This document shows positions 62,745 to 64,000 of a DNA stretch of 64,000 nt, one piece after another. The stretch covers positions 7,254,001 to 7,318,000 of the forward strand of contig NC_090404.1 in assembly GCF_036365525.1 (NCBI RefSeq), in the 5' to 3' direction. The stretch comes from Heterodontus francisci. Lineage: Eukaryota. The notes below the pieces were generated by a model. The model searched no databases, was not told where the DNA came from, and worked only from the letters and a program-made list of their open reading frames with translations. A program made the translations under genes and the position numbers. Position 1 is the stretch's first letter. Every line of letters begins with the position of its first letter.

Positions 62745-64000
62745 GTAAGGAGAAAGCTCTAAAAAAAAAGCCCTCATTCAGTAACTGTTTTGTTTGTGTT
62801 TTATTTTATATTTCTGTCTATTTTAATGATGCATTGGTTCACTGAAATGTGGATTCGGTGGATTCTGTATTGAGATCTGTTGCAATGTTTTCTGTGATTC
62901 TGCTGCAAAGGGATGAAAGATTTTAATGGCTTCTCCAAATCGGTGTTGTTGAGGGTTTCAGTTCCTGATTGATGTGATTTGGTGTACATTTGCTGATGTG
63001 ACTGTGTGTTTGGGCGACTTTAAATATCTAATTGCTGTTAAACCTTATGACGTTTCTACATTGTTTAATCTCGATGACATCTTGCTGCTGCAGGTTTTCC
63101 GAACGAACACAAACAATAAGTTTGAAATATGTTTCAAATAAGTTTATAGGCTGAAAGTTTCAGAGGTCAAAAATAGCCTTACTATATTTTCATCTTTTAC
63201 TGTTTGTGGTAATTTAAAAATTTTCATCTATCAATCTACTGCTCACGAATGCTCATATGTGACACAATACTTTTGATGTAATTAAGTACTGCATAAATAA
63301 CAAGTTTGCTGCTTTAGTCAGATTTACATGAATATAACCTCATTTATTATAATGCAGTGATATGAGCCAATATCAATTAAAATGCTATAGCATCAATATT
63401 AATTTATGAAACATGTTCTTTGTACCAGTAATTCTGCTGCCATTGTTTTATATATCTCATAATTCAGAGGCAGGCGGACTCGGCGGATTCTGCATTGAGA
63501 TTTTTTTTTTTTGCAGTTTTGTATTTGATTCTGCTGCAAGTGTTTGTGGAATTAAGCTGCTTCTCCATGAAAAGTACTGAGGCGGGATTCAGCCCCTCAG
63601 TGATGTGAGTTGGGTTTGACCTGCTGAGGAGAGTGTGTGTCTGTGTTCCAAAGGAAAATTTGTGAAGCTGGCGTTTCTGCTTTGTGACATTGAGCGGCTG
63701 TCGGATTTCTAATCGAATGGAGACATTTTACCTGTTCAAAACGAAAGGCAATTTTATCAGGAAAACTGCCAGGTTTCAGAAATGAAAAAAAAACGCTTTA
63801 AGATTTTTCAAGGCATTTTTTAACTTTAATAACAGGTTTATCTATTAAACCATGGTTTGCGACGCTCTTTCAGTACGTGAAATGTTATTGCAAATACAAA
63901 CTGCATACGCAGCAAGTTTGCAGATTGGAGAGTGAAATGAATGCAATTCAAATAATTATAATGCGACAATATCTCCACATATAAACCAAATATGCTTTAA

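Noticed and set aside
54370-64000. Assembly artefact (mirrored contig)
   Set aside because: Arms differ by many substitutions, arm-specific insertions and rearrangement state

Overview
Eukaryotic genomic DNA from a cartilaginous fish; the Ig sequences most resemble horn shark (Heterodontus) IgM as I recall them, so the species is an inference. The window holds two IgM heavy-chain clusters arranged head-to-head, with leader ATGs 43,974 bp apart. Cluster A (minus strand, 17847 to 1586) is unrearranged and apparently intact: leader, VH, D1, D2, JH with all six RSS, and CH1-CH4 with the secretory tailpiece; no transmembrane exons were found in the window. Cluster B (plus strand, from 61821) has V, D1 and D2 already fused (VDD-J), an in-frame stop in FR2, and an intact 12-RSS/23-RSS pair to JH; its constant exons would lie beyond 64000. 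The clusters are diverged inverted copies (about 14.9-24.0 kb versus 54.4-64.0 kb) whose homology ends in a 27-bp satellite. The spacer holds CR1, L2 and RTEX-like LINEs, V-SINEs and DeuSINEs, a Penelope-like element with hammerhead ribozyme motifs, a CR1-disrupted C2H2 zinc-finger gene, repeated exon-like modules of unknown origin, and a candidate lymphoid enhancer. Repeat boundaries are approximate; Ig exon and RSS coordinates were read base by base.
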